Assembly: GCA_965221125.1 (NCBI GenBank)
Contig: CBDCRW010000003.1
Span: 288,001-352,000, forward strand
DNA from: Alphaproteobacteria bacterium
GTDB taxonomy: Bacteria; Pseudomonadota; Alphaproteobacteria; UBA828
Length of the DNA: 64,000 nucleotides
Direction of reading: 5' to 3'
The translations under genes and the position numbers were made by a program. Positions within the stretch are counted from its first letter, which is position 1; each line of letters starts with the position of its first letter. Below, one piece after another: positions 1-11,223 of this stretch. The notes under the pieces were generated by a model that had not been told where the DNA came from, did not search any database, and worked only from the letters and a program-made list of their open reading frames with translations.

Positions 1-1
1 C

Positions 2-802
2 ATGAGCCTCGACAGCGCGACGAGCAACGCGATGCGCCTGATCGGCCCGTTGTTCGGCGGGTTGCTCTACCAGTGGCTCGGTCTTGCCGGCGCCTTCGGC
101 CTGGCGGCGGCGCTCTACGCGCTCTGTCTGCTGCTCACGCCGGGCCTGCCCAGGGCGTTCGCCGCCTCCGGCGTTGGCCAGCGCTCCGCCCGGCTGCTGG
201 GCGATCTCGGCGACGGCTTCCGCTACCTGGCCAGGGATGCCGAGATCCGCCGCGTCCTCTACGTCACGGTGATCTTCAACATCTGGGGCTTTCCCTTCGT
301 CGCGATGATCCCGGTCATCGGCACGGAGAAACTCGGCCTGAGCGCCGCGGCCATCGGCGGCCTCGCCGCCTTGGAAGGCGGCGGCGCCTTCGCCGGCGCC
401 CTGCTGATCGCCGCCATCGGCGCGAGGCCGCACTGGTATCGCCGCCTCTACTTCTTCGGGACCGCCAGCTACTCCGCCTTCGCCTTCGTCGTCGGCTGGA
501 TGACGGAGACCGCGCCCCTGGCCGTGGTCATCTTCATGGCCGGCCTGGCCGCAGCCGGCTTCTCGACCATGCAGACCACGCTGATCTACGGCATCGCGCC
601 GCCCGAGATGCGGGGCCGCATGCTCGGTATCCTCTCGCTCACGATCGGCGCGGGCGTGATCGGCTTCACCAACATCGGCCTCATGGGCGAGCTTTTCGGC
701 GGTGCCAACGCGGTGCGCATCGTCGCGGCGGAGGGGCTGGTCGCCGCTCTCGTGCTCGGCCTCCGCTGGCCGAGACTGTGGCGCGACGGCGACGGTTCGT
801 GA
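2..802 (+). CDS. MFS transporter (5' end probably outside the window)
   Basis: Many hydrophobic helices; MFS-type motifs RLIGPLFGGLL and APPEMRGRMLG. Confidence 0.8.
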   Translation: MSLDSATSNAMRLIGPLFGGLLYQWLGLAGAFGLAAALYALCLLLTPGLPRAFAASGVGQRSARLLGDLGDGFRYLARDAEIRRVLYVTVIFNIWGFPFVAMIPVIGTEKLGLSAAAIGGLAALEGGGAFAGALLIAAIGARPHWYRRLYFFGTASYSAFAFVVGWMTETAPLAVVIFMAGLAAAGFSTMQTTLIYGIAPPEMRGRMLGILSLTIGAGVIGFTNIGLMGELFGGANAVRIVAAEGLVAALVLGLRWPRLWRDGDGS

Positions 803-889
803 CCGTTGCAGAAACGGATGCGAACAGCGTATGGTTGCTGCGCTCGCGTGGATGTGCGCGGGAGGCCCAAAGCGGAAGGCGAGGCCGCG

Positions 890-1225
890 ATGGAGATCGG
901 GGAACGGACAGAGGGAGCGGCGGTCGTCGTCTCCCTGAACGGGCGGCTCGACGGCGTGACCGGGCCGGACCTGGAGGCGAGAGTCGGCGCGATCGTCGAG
1001 CGCGGCGACGTGCGCGTGGTGCTGGAGTGCGGCGAGATGAGCTACGTCAGCAGCGCCGGCCTGCGCGTGCTGCTGATCAGCGCCAGGAAGTGCCAGCAGG
1101 GCGGCGGGAAGCTGGCCCTCGCAGCCCTGAAGCCCGAGTGTCTGTCTGTCCTGGAAATGAGCGGTTTTCTGTCGATCATCGATTGCCACGAAACGAGCGA
1201 GGCTGCGCTCGCCGCAGTCGCTTGA
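890..1225 (+). CDS. STAS-domain anti-sigma factor antagonist
   Basis: LNGRLD and MSYVSSAGLRVLL (phosphoacceptor Ser motif); ATG at 890 chosen over the ORF-track start. Confidence 0.85.
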   Translation: MEIGERTEGAAVVVSLNGRLDGVTGPDLEARVGAIVERGDVRVVLECGEMSYVSSAGLRVLLISARKCQQGGGKLALAALKPECLSVLEMSGFLSIIDCHETSEAALAAVA

Positions 1226-1276
1226 AGCGCGGCCCCTTGAGCGGCCGGCCCTCTTCCTGACCTCGGGAATCGGTTC

Positions 1277-1945
1277 ATGCTGACATTCTACGAAGAGATC
1301 ATGGTGCTCCTTCTCCATGACGAGAACGGCACCTTCCTGCCGGTCAGCGAGCACACCCTGAACCGGGCGCTCACGGGCGCGGTCCTCATGGATCTGGCGT
1401 TCGCCAACCGCATCGATACCGACCCCGAACGGATGGTGGTGATCGATTCCACCCCGACGGGCGATCCCCTGCTCGACCGCACGCTGGCGCGGATCGCGGG
1501 CGAATCCGCGACCACCGACAGCCGGACGTGGATCGAGACGCTGTCTGCCGAGGAGGCTTCGGCGGACCAGGGTACGACGATCCGCTGGACCGCGCTCGAC
1601 AAGCTGGTGGAACGCGGCGTCCTGGAACGGCGCGAAGAAAAGTTCCTCTGGGTCTTCCGCTCGCGCCGCTACCCGACCATCGACGGCAAGGTCGAGCAGG
1701 AGGCGAAGAAGCGCATCGCCGACGTGCTGTTCACGGAAGAGATCCCGGACCCCAGGGACGTCGCGCTCATCTGTCTCGTGGACAGCTGCAACATCCTGCC
1801 GACGATCTTCTCGAAGCGGGAGATCGACCGGGTCGAGTCGCGCATCGAGCAGCTCAGGAAGATGGACCTGATCGGCCGCGAGATGGCCGGCGCCATCGCC
1901 GATATCGAGCGCGCGATCGCCATCGCGGCGGCGCACACGTTCTAG
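1277..1945 (+). CDS. GPP34 (GOLPH3/Vps74-like) family protein
   Basis: LTFYEEIMVLLL...ALTGAVLMDLAFANRI...PTGDPLLD...LVERGVL...RRYP pattern. Confidence 0.75.
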   Translation: MLTFYEEIMVLLLHDENGTFLPVSEHTLNRALTGAVLMDLAFANRIDTDPERMVVIDSTPTGDPLLDRTLARIAGESATTDSRTWIETLSAEEASADQGTTIRWTALDKLVERGVLERREEKFLWVFRSRRYPTIDGKVEQEAKKRIADVLFTEEIPDPRDVALICLVDSCNILPTIFSKREIDRVESRIEQLRKMDLIGREMAGAIADIERAIAIAAAHTF

Positions 1946-2010
1946 CGCGCCATCCGACCTTACGAGATCACCGCGGCACGAGTTTTCCCACCTATCCCTA
2001 TCCCCCCGCC
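1943..2010. repeat. Intergenic repeat family, copy A (partial)
   Basis: CCGACCTTACGAGATCAC at 1954-1971 is identical to 43670-43687; similarity continues through ttcccacct. Confidence 0.7.
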
Positions 2011-2199
2011 CCGCAAAAGCGCGAAGGCAACGGCGTACCCGATCCTGGCAGGCTTGACTCGCCCGCGCCGCGTGGGCGGTAATGCCGCCAACGAACGAGT
2101 CGCCAGTGGGCCGCAAGGCCGATCGGCGGCATGGGGCCGAGAGAACGAGCCTCGGCGAGGTGGGCTCTCGCGGCATCGGACTTGAAGGGAGGGAGTCAT

Positions 2200-3639
2200 A
2201 TGAGCATCAAGATCAACACGAGCAACTACGGGCAGCTCCCGGCCATGAGCCGGCGCAGCTTCCTCAAGGGCACCGCAGCCGGTGCGGCGGGGCTCGCCGC
2301 CGCCGGCGCCATGGGCGGCATGCCCGCGCTGGCGCAGGACATGGACCCGCTGGTCTTCTCGTTCTGGCCGTGGGGCAGCGAGATCGTGACGTCGAACGCC
2401 GATCTCTTCATGGCCGAGCAGAACGAGCAGGTCGACCTCCAGCCGATCCCCGGCGACTATCCGGCGGTGCTGGAGACCAAGCTCGCCTCCGGCGCTGCTC
2501 TCGACATGTTCTATGCCCAGCGCGGCCAGGCATCGCGCTGGCACGCCGCCGGCTGGATCAGGCCGGTCGACGACATGCCGGGGCTGGAGCAGATCCGCAG
2601 CGAGATGATCCCCGGCCTCGATCAGGACACCATCGCCTACAACGGCGACTATCTCGGCCTCACCTATTACAACGGCGGGCCGTTCTGCACCTTCCTCAAC
2701 CTCAAGCATCTCGAGGCGTGGGGGTTCGAGGCGACCGACAACGCCAGCGACTATCCGCAGACCTGGGACGAGGTGGCGAACATCTCGCGCGAGATGAAGG
2801 CCAAGGGCATCTGCGACGCGCCGATCCTGCCGGCCTGGTACAACGCCTGGTCGGGCATGCCCTGGGCGCTGATCGCGCAATGCTTCTCGGAGGGCGAGTA
2901 TTTCGTCGACGCCGATCTCACGGCGACCTACAGCAACGACACGCCGATCCTCAAGGTGCTCACCGACTGGAAACAGTGGTGGGATGAGGGGCTGATCCCC
3001 AAGGGCGTGCTGACCACCCAGGAATCCACGATGATCGACCTGTGGGTCACCGGGGACCACGCCTTCCACTCGTACATGGACTACTGCCACTTCATCTACG
3101 GCGACCGCGCCAACAAGCAGATCGCCGACTGGAACATGATGAACCCGGTGATGCCGGGCGCCACGCACGAAACCGTGCTGGTCGGCCACGCGCTGCTCTG
3201 CACCGGCACGCACGAGCGCAGCCACGAGGACGTGCTGCGGGCGTGGGAGCTGATGAAGTTCTACGGCCACAAGAACGGCGCCGGCGAGTACCACACCCAC
3301 AAGCGCTGGGCGCTCAAGGCCAACCTGCCGATCCCCTACCAGGCGGTCTACGAGGACCCGGAGGTGAGGGCGGCGCTGCTCGCGTGGATGCACGCCGATC
3401 TCGGCGAGTCCCAGTTCAAGTGGCAGGCCGAAGGGCGCGCCAACTCGCTCGGCCCGCACCTGCTCAAGTCGCCCTGGCACCAGGAGTGGGACACCTACAC
3501 TTGGGACATGATCGCCAACGACCTGATCGTCAATGGCGACGTGACGCCCAAGGAGGTCGTCGAGAAGACGCGCAAGCGCTGGGACAAGCTGCAGAAGAAG
3601 TACACCCAGCGCGACCGCACGACCCACTACGTCGCCTGA
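2200..3639 (+). CDS. Carbohydrate-type ABC substrate-binding protein with Tat signal
   Basis: SRRSFLKG twin-arginine motif, ALA-Q cleavage site, PQTWDE motif; GGAG upstream of ATG 2200. Confidence 0.85.
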   Translation: MSIKINTSNYGQLPAMSRRSFLKGTAAGAAGLAAAGAMGGMPALAQDMDPLVFSFWPWGSEIVTSNADLFMAEQNEQVDLQPIPGDYPAVLETKLASGAALDMFYAQRGQASRWHAAGWIRPVDDMPGLEQIRSEMIPGLDQDTIAYNGDYLGLTYYNGGPFCTFLNLKHLEAWGFEATDNASDYPQTWDEVANISREMKAKGICDAPILPAWYNAWSGMPWALIAQCFSEGEYFVDADLTATYSNDTPILKVLTDWKQWWDEGLIPKGVLTTQESTMIDLWVTGDHAFHSYMDYCHFIYGDRANKQIADWNMMNPVMPGATHETVLVGHALLCTGTHERSHEDVLRAWELMKFYGHKNGAGEYHTHKRWALKANLPIPYQAVYEDPEVRAALLAWMHADLGESQFKWQAEGRANSLGPHLLKSPWHQEWDTYTWDMIANDLIVNGDVTPKEVVEKTRKRWDKLQKKYTQRDRTTHYVA

Positions 3640-3688
3640 GGGCGCAGGGCCGATCTAGCGCTACTCGGCGCAGAATGGGGAGGGGCGC

Positions 3689-4801
<1,113 letters not shown>

Positions 4802-4840
4802 CGCCCGGCGCAGGGCGCGGCCGCCGGCCTTGCGGAGCAT

Positions 4841-5812
4841 GTGCGCATGACCGCGCTCCAGCGCGTCGCGGCGTTCCGGCGCGGGGTCGCCCCGCTCACC
4901 GACGCCCAGTTCGCGCTCACCATCGTCATCGGCGTCCTGCTCTTCCACATCATCATCATCATCGTGCCGCTGGCCTATTCCTTCTGGCTCAGCCTGCACG
5001 AGACCAACGTCATCCTGCGCTCGCGGGAGTACGTCGGCTTCGACCTGTGGGCGGAGGTGCTGTTCGAGGAGGAGACCCAGACGGCGACGCTGAAGAGCCT
5101 CTACTTCGCCGGCGTCTCGGTGGTTCTCTCGCTCGTGCTCTCTCTCGGCATGGCGCTCGTGCTGAATCAGGAGTTCCCCGGCCGGGGCATCCTGCGCGCG
5201 CTGATCCTGCTGCCGTGGGCGGTCTCCGAAGTCGTCACCGCCACCATGTGGACCGTGATGCTGGAGCCGGCCTGGGGCTTCTTCAACGGCGCGCTGGAGC
5301 CGCTCGGCATCGTCGATCAGAACCACGTCTGGCTCAACAAGGACTGGGCGCTGTTCTGGCTCGCGGTGGCCTTCACCTGGCACATCGCGCCGCTCGGCAC
5401 CTTCTTCTTCCTCGCCGCGCTGCAGACGATTCCGCAGGACCTCTACAACGCCGCGCGGATCGACCGGGCCGGCGTCATCTCGCGCTTCTATCACGTGACC
5501 CTGCCGCACATCCGCTACGCCGTGCTGATCGTCCTCGTGGTGGTGACCGTCGAAGCCTTCCGACAGTTCGATCTGGTCTTCGCCATGACCAGCGGCGGCC
5601 CCGGCACGACGACGCAGATCCTCCCGCTGCTCATCTTCCGCTACAATTTCCAGTTCTCGCAGTACGGACTCGCGTCGGCGGCGTCGTTCATCCTGATCAT
5701 CATCGCGACCATTCTCGCGGTCGCCTACTTCGTGCTGATGACCCGGCGCAGCAAGCAGAGCCGCGTGGCTGCGGCGCAGCGGCGGGCGGCAGCCAAGGCC
5801 GAGGCCTCCTGA
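4841..5812 (+). CDS. Carbohydrate ABC permease (MalF/UgpA type)
   Basis: TM helices; EAA-like loop LYNAARIDRA; TSGGPG. Confidence 0.9.
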   Translation: MRMTALQRVAAFRRGVAPLTDAQFALTIVIGVLLFHIIIIIVPLAYSFWLSLHETNVILRSREYVGFDLWAEVLFEEETQTATLKSLYFAGVSVVLSLVLSLGMALVLNQEFPGRGILRALILLPWAVSEVVTATMWTVMLEPAWGFFNGALEPLGIVDQNHVWLNKDWALFWLAVAFTWHIAPLGTFFFLAALQTIPQDLYNAARIDRAGVISRFYHVTLPHIRYAVLIVLVVVTVEAFRQFDLVFAMTSGGPGTTTQILPLLIFRYNFQFSQYGLASAASFILIIIATILAVAYFVLMTRRSKQSRVAAAQRRAAAKAEAS

Positions 5813-5819
5813 GGTCACC

Positions 5820-6695
5820 GTGGGACGCGAGGCCAACCTCAAGCTGTTCGTGACGCTCTCGGTGCTGTTCGTCCTGCTGTGGACGATGGTGCCCTTCTTC
5901 TGGATGCTCTGGGCCTCGTTCATGACCGATTCGGAACTCTCCGAAGGCATCGTCCAGGCAATCGACGAGCCCACCCTCGAGCACTACAAGCGCATCTTCG
6001 GCCATGCCGACAAGGAGGCGATCTTCGGCGGCCAGACGAAGCTGATCGGCCAGGGCTTCCTCAACAGCCTGATCGTGGCACTCCCGGTCGCCATCATCGG
6101 CACCGCCATCGCGACGCTCGCGGGCTACGCCTTCGGGCGCTTCCACTTCCCGGCCAAGACCGGGCTGCTGTTCGGTCTGCTGCTGACCCGGGTGCTGCCG
6201 CCGGTCGCCATCCTGATCCCCTACTTCACGATGTTCCGGACCGTGGGAATGGTCGGCGACCCGGGCGGACTGATCCTGACCTACCTCACCGGCATCATCC
6301 CGCTGCTTTCCTGGGTGCTGATGGGCTATTTCGCGACGCTGCCGCTGGAGGTCGAGCGCGCGGCCCGCATCGACGGCTGCAGCCGGCTCAAGGTGCTCTG
6401 GTACGTCATCATCCCGATGGCGGCGCCCGGCATCAGCGCCGCCTTCATCATCGCCTTCCTCTTCGCCTGGAACGAGCTCCTGTTCGGCATCATCCTGGTG
6501 GGCGGCACGCAGTGGCAGACCCTCTCGCCGGCCCTGCTCGCGATCTCGCCGCTGACCGCCGTGGGCTACTCGCCGATCGCGCTCTTCTCGGCGGCGAGCG
6601 CGCTCTCCATCGCGCCCCCGCTGATCCTCGCGCTCATCTTCCAGCGCTACATCACGCGCCTCAATATCGTCGACCCGGTCACCGTCCGCGACTAA
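5820..6695 (+). CDS. Carbohydrate ABC permease (MalG/UgpE type), paralog 1
   Basis: ERAARIDGCS EAA motif; FLFAWNE. Confidence 0.9.
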   Translation: MGREANLKLFVTLSVLFVLLWTMVPFFWMLWASFMTDSELSEGIVQAIDEPTLEHYKRIFGHADKEAIFGGQTKLIGQGFLNSLIVALPVAIIGTAIATLAGYAFGRFHFPAKTGLLFGLLLTRVLPPVAILIPYFTMFRTVGMVGDPGGLILTYLTGIIPLLSWVLMGYFATLPLEVERAARIDGCSRLKVLWYVIIPMAAPGISAAFIIAFLFAWNELLFGIILVGGTQWQTLSPALLAISPLTAVGYSPIALFSAASALSIAPPLILALIFQRYITRLNIVDPVTVRD

Positions 6696-6850
6696 AGCGA
6701 ATTCCGACCTCACCCCATCACGGGAGCCGAACCTTGCCCACCTCCCCCTGTCCCCCTCCCCCCGGAGGGCGGAGGGGGAACGCAAGCGGCACCGTCCGTT
6801 CTCCCTCTCCTCCCTGGGGAGGAGAGGGCCGAGGTGAGGAGGGGGTTCCC
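6693..6850. repeat. Intergenic palindromic repeat, copy B
   Basis: cccacctccccctgtccccct shared with the 43.7 kb copy; hairpin CCCTCTCCTCCC..GGGAGGAGAGGG at 6803-6828. Confidence 0.7.
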
Positions 6851-6873
6851 CGAACTGCGGCGAGGGCGACGCC

Positions 6874-7791
6874 GTGAGCTTCGTGCGCCGCCTCCGCGCC
6901 CGCTGGCGCGCGGCCTCCGGTCACGAGCGGCTCCAGATGATGGTGATCGGCACCGCCGTGCTCGTGCTGATCTGGTCGATCCTGCCCTTCCTCATGATGT
7001 TCTGGGCGTCGCTGATGACCGAGTCCGAGCTGGTCGAAGGCGTCATCCAGATCATGGACGACCCCACCGTCGAGCACTACGAGCGCATCTTCGGCCTGGC
7101 CGAGACCGAGGCGGTGTTCGGCGGGCAGACGAAAAGGATCGCCCTCGGCTTCCTCAACAGCCTGATCGTCTCGTTGCCGGCCGCGTTCATCGCGACGGTG
7201 ATCGCGACGCTCGCGGGCTACGCCTTCGGGCGCTTCACCTTCCCCGGCCGCATGGGGCTGCTCTTCGCGCTCCTGCTGACCCGCGTCCTGCCGCCCATCG
7301 CCGTGCTGATTCCCTACTTCACGCTCTTCCAGACGGTCGGCCTGGTGAACACCCACACCGGGCTGCTGCTGACCTACCTCACCGGCATCACGCCGCTGCT
7401 CTCGTGGATCCTGATGGGCTACTTCGCGACGCTGCCGATCGAGGTCGAGCGCGCCGCGCGGATGGACGGCTGCAGCCGGCTCCAGGTGCTCTGGCACGTG
7501 ATCGTGCCGATGGCGATGCCCGGCATCAGCGCGGCCTTCATCATCGCCTTCCTGTTCTGCTGGAACGAGCTTCTGTTCGGGATCATCCTGGTCGGCGGCA
7601 CCAACGCGCAGACGCTGTCGCCGGCCCTGCTCGCGATCTCGCCGCTCGGCTCCATCGGCGCCACGCCCATGGTTCTCTTCGCCGCGGCGAGCACGCTCTC
7701 CATCGTGCCCCCGCTGGTGCTCGCGCTGATCTTCCAGCGCTTCATCACCCGCCTCAACATCGTCGACCCCATCACCACGCGGGACGTCTGA
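6874..7791 (+). CDS. Carbohydrate ABC permease (MalG/UgpE type), paralog 2
   Basis: Close paralog of 5820-6695 (LLLTRVLPP.A.LIPYFT, ITRLNIVDP). Confidence 0.9.
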   Translation: MSFVRRLRARWRAASGHERLQMMVIGTAVLVLIWSILPFLMMFWASLMTESELVEGVIQIMDDPTVEHYERIFGLAETEAVFGGQTKRIALGFLNSLIVSLPAAFIATVIATLAGYAFGRFTFPGRMGLLFALLLTRVLPPIAVLIPYFTLFQTVGLVNTHTGLLLTYLTGITPLLSWILMGYFATLPIEVERAARMDGCSRLQVLWHVIVPMAMPGISAAFIIAFLFCWNELLFGIILVGGTNAQTLSPALLAISPLGSIGATPMVLFAAASTLSIVPPLVLALIFQRFITRLNIVDPITTRDV

Positions 7792-7875
7792 CGCGCCGGT
7801 GTTGCGGCAGGTCCTCGCCCACATATGGCGTGATCGCCCGTCCGACCCCGGCGCGGCCTGCCCCCGGAGAGCGCC

Positions 7876-9054
7876 CTACCCGGCTCCGTCGATGACAGAG
7901 AGCGCCGCCTCGACGCCCGCGCCCACGTCGGCCTTGCCGCCCAGTGCCGCGATGGCGCCGCCGAGCGCGGTGACGGCGACGACGGCGTAGATCGGCCGGG
8001 CCACCGGCCCCATGTGGCCGATGCGCACCAGCTTGCCCATGAGCGAGCCGCGGCCCGCCGAGAACACCACGCCGTAGCGCCCGCGCGCCTCCCGCCGGAT
8101 CGCGTCGTCCGCGAGCCCCTCCGGCACCCGCACCGTCGTCGCGGTATCAGCGCAGATGGCCGCGCGCACCGGCCAGAGGTCGAGGCCGAGCGCACGGACG
8201 CCCGCGCGGCAGGCCCGCGCCGTCAGCGCGTGGCGCGCCCACACCGCCTCCGGCCCTTCGTCGAGGTAGTTCTGCACGGCCGCCTCCAGCGCATGGACCT
8301 CGGAGACGGACGGCGTGAAGGGGAACAGCACGTCCGCGCGCCAGGCGTCGCGCCAGTCCTTGAGGCTCAGCACGGAGGCCGTGGGCGCGGCGGGGTTGGC
8401 GTCGATCTTCGCCCAGGCGCACTCGCTCACGTGGACGATGGAGAGGCCGGTGCTGCCGCCCAGGCACTTGCTGGGGCTGGTCACGAAGACGTCGGCGTTC
8501 ACGTCTTCCGGGTGAATGTCCATGCCGCCAAAGGAGGAGACCGCGTCCACGATGGTGAGCACGTCGCGCTCGCGGCACAGCGCCCCGATCTCGCGCACCG
8601 GGTTGACGGTGCCGGACGGCGTATCGTGGTGGCAGACGGAGAGGATGCGGATGTCGGGCCGGGCCGCCAGCATCTGAGCCACCGCATCGGGATCGATGGC
8701 GTCGTCGTAGGGCACCTCGATCTCGAGCAGCTCGCGGCAATGGCGCGCGGCCCAGAAGCCGAACCCCTTGCCGTACTCGCCGGACGCCAGGTTCAGCACC
8801 ACGTCGTCGCCTGCGATCAGGGCGGCGGCGGCGGCTTCGAGGGCGAGCACCGGCTCGCCCTGCAGAATCACCGGCGGGCGCGCCGTCCGCAGCGCTTCGG
8901 CGGTCTTGAGAACGGTCGATTCGTAGAACCGCTGGAAGGAGGGATCGAAGTCGTAGGTGACCGGCCGCGCGAGCGCCCGCAGGACCGCGGGATAGGCGTC
9001 GACCGGGCCTGCGCTCAGCGTGATGACCGGGGGATCGTCGTCTGAATTTCGCAT
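7876..9054 (-). CDS. ppaT: Pyridoxamine-pyruvate aminotransferase (class V PLP fold)
   Basis: PVITLSAGPVDAYP, GEPVLALEAAAA, VCHHDTPSGT, DAVSSFGG and FPFTPSVSE closely recall the Mesorhizobium loti PPAT; ATG at 9054. Confidence 0.8.
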   Translation of the reverse strand: MRNSDDDPPVITLSAGPVDAYPAVLRALARPVTYDFDPSFQRFYESTVLKTAEALRTARPPVILQGEPVLALEAAAAALIAGDDVVLNLASGEYGKGFGFWAARHCRELLEIEVPYDDAIDPDAVAQMLAARPDIRILSVCHHDTPSGTVNPVREIGALCRERDVLTIVDAVSSFGGMDIHPEDVNADVFVTSPSKCLGGSTGLSIVHVSECAWAKIDANPAAPTASVLSLKDWRDAWRADVLFPFTPSVSEVHALEAAVQNYLDEGPEAVWARHALTARACRAGVRALGLDLWPVRAAICADTATTVRVPEGLADDAIRREARGRYGVVFSAGRGSLMGKLVRIGHMGPVARPIYAVVAVTALGGAIAALGGKADVGAGVEAALSVIDGAG

Positions 9055-9302
9055 TTTCCAGGCGCACTCAAGGGCTTGCACGGAGGCATCAGAATACCCC
9101 GGCGGATTGCCTTCCCCAAGGCGGTCCAAAGGTGCAATTATGACACCGGAGACGGGCCCGATTCGCGGGCACGCCGCCATGACGGCGGGGTATGAGAGGT
9201 CGTTTGACGCGCATGCCCTTTGTAGTACGTTTGTCATGCTGGTCTCGTGAGATTCAGGTCGCGCGACGGGCCGAAACGGTGAGCCGCCACGGAGAATGAG
9301 CC

Positions 9303-11216
9303 ATGCCGGAGACGCCGCATCTGGATCGCGTAAAGAGCCCGGAAGACCTACGCAACCTCTCCGTCAAGGAGCTGAAGAAGGTTGCCGAGGAGCTTCGGGC
9401 CGAGACGGTCGACGCGGTCTCGGTCACCGGCGGCCACCTGGGCGCCGGCCTTGGCGTGGTCGAGCTGACGGTGGCCCTCCACCACGTCTTCGACACGCCC
9501 CGCGACCGCCTGATCTGGGACGTGGGCCACCAGTCCTACCCGCACAAGATCATCACCGGCCGGCGTGACAAGATCCGCACCATCCGCCAGCCGGGTGGGC
9601 TCTACGGCTTCACCAAGCGGACCGAGAGCGACTACGACCCCTTCGGCGCGGCGCACTCGTCGACCTCGATCTCGGCCGGCCTCGGCATGGCGGTGGCGAG
9701 CGGGCTCACGGGCGAGCAGCGCAACGTCATCTGCGTCATCGGCGACGGCGCCATGTCCGGCGGCATGGCCTACGAGGCGATGAACAACGCGGGCTCCATG
9801 CTGCCGCGCCTCATCGTCATCCTCAACGACAACGAGATGTCGATCGCGCCGGCGGTGGGCGCGCTCAACGCCTATCTCTCGCGGCTGCTGTCGAGCCACC
9901 AGTTCCGCAGCCTGCGCGAGCTCGGCAAGCAGTGGGCGCGCCGGCTGCCCAAGGCGATGGGCGACGCCGCCATGCGGGCCGAGGAATATTCTCGCGGCAT
10001 GGTCACCGGCGGCACCCTCTTCGAGGAGCTGGGCTTCTTCTACATCGGGCCGATCGACGGCCATAACCTCGATCACCTCGTGCCGGTATTGCGCAACGTG
10101 CGCAAGGACGAGACGCCGGGGCCGGTGCTGCTCCACGTCGTCACCAGCAAGGGCAAGGGCTACGAGCCGGCCGAGAGCGCGCCGGACCGCGGCCACGCGC
10201 TCGGCAAGTTCGACGTGGTGACGGGCGAGCAGAAGAAGGGAACGCCCAAGGCGCCGAGCTACACCAGCGTGTTCGCCCAGAGCCTGATCAAGGAGGCGGA
10301 CCGCGACGAGAAGATCGTGGCGCTCACCGCCGCCATGCCGTCGGGCACTGGACTCGACAAGTTCGCGAAGGCGCACCCCGACCGCTGCTTCGACGTCGGC
10401 ATCGCCGAGCAGCACTGCGTCACCTTCGCGGCGGGGATGGCGACGGAAGGGCTCAGGCCCTTCGCGGCGATCTATTCGACCTTCCTCCAGCGGGCCTACG
10501 ACCAGATCGTGCACGACGTCGCGATCCAGAAGCTGCCGGTCCGCTTCGCCATCGACCGTGCGGGCCTCGTCGGCGCGGACGGGCCGACGCACGCGGGCAG
10601 CTTCGACATCACCTATCTCGCGACCCTGCCGGGCTTCGTCGTCATGGCGGCGGCCGACGAGGTCGAACTCGTCCACATGGTGCACACGGCGGCGAAGATC
10701 GACGACCGCCCGAGCGCCTTCCGCTACCCGCGCGGCGAGGGCGTCGGCGTGCCGCTGCCGGAGACGCCGAAGGAGCTCCCCATCGGCAAGGGGCGGATCG
10801 TCCGCGAGGGCACGGCGATCGCGATCCTCTCCCTCGGCGGCCGGCTGCAGGAGGCGCTCGGCGCGGCGGAGGAGCTGCAGACGCGGGGGCTGACCACGAC
10901 GGTCGCGGACGCCCGCTTCGCCAAGCCGCTCGACGAGGACCTCATCCGCCGGCTCGCGCGGGAGCACGAGGTGCTGATCACCATCGAGGAAGGCTCGATC
11001 GGCGGCTTCGGCGCGCACGTCATGCAGTTCCTCGCCACCGCGGGCTTCCTCGACGCCGGCCTCAGGATCAGGCCGATGCTGCTGCCTGACCGCTTCGTGG
11101 CCCACGGCACGCCCGCCGGCATGTACGAGGACGCAGGGCTGACCGCGGACAATATCGTCGACACGGCGCTCGCGGCGCTCGGCAGCAACTCGGCCACCCT
11201 GCCGCGCCGCGCCTGA
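9303..11216 (+). CDS. dxs: 1-deoxy-D-xylulose-5-phosphate synthase
   Basis: [27 protein letters not shown] (ThDP motif), [21 protein letters not shown]. Confidence 0.97.
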   Translation: MPETPHLDRVKSPEDLRNLSVKELKKVAEELRAETVDAVSVTGGHLGAGLGVVELTVALHHVFDTPRDRLIWDVGHQSYPHKIITGRRDKIRTIRQPGGLYGFTKRTESDYDPFGAAHSSTSISAGLGMAVASGLTGEQRNVICVIGDGAMSGGMAYEAMNNAGSMLPRLIVILNDNEMSIAPAVGALNAYLSRLLSSHQFRSLRELGKQWARRLPKAMGDAAMRAEEYSRGMVTGGTLFEELGFFYIGPIDGHNLDHLVPVLRNVRKDETPGPVLLHVVTSKGKGYEPAESAPDRGHALGKFDVVTGEQKKGTPKAPSYTSVFAQSLIKEADRDEKIVALTAAMPSGTGLDKFAKAHPDRCFDVGIAEQHCVTFAAGMATEGLRPFAAIYSTFLQRAYDQIVHDVAIQKLPVRFAIDRAGLVGADGPTHAGSFDITYLATLPGFVVMAAADEVELVHMVHTAAKIDDRPSAFRYPRGEGVGVPLPETPKELPIGKGRIVREGTAIAILSLGGRLQEALGAAEELQTRGLTTTVADARFAKPLDEDLIRRLAREHEVLITIEEGSIGGFGAHVMQFLATAGFLDAGLRIRPMLLPDRFVAHGTPAGMYEDAGLTADNIVDTALAALGSNSATLPRRA

Positions 11217-11223
11217 CTCGCCC

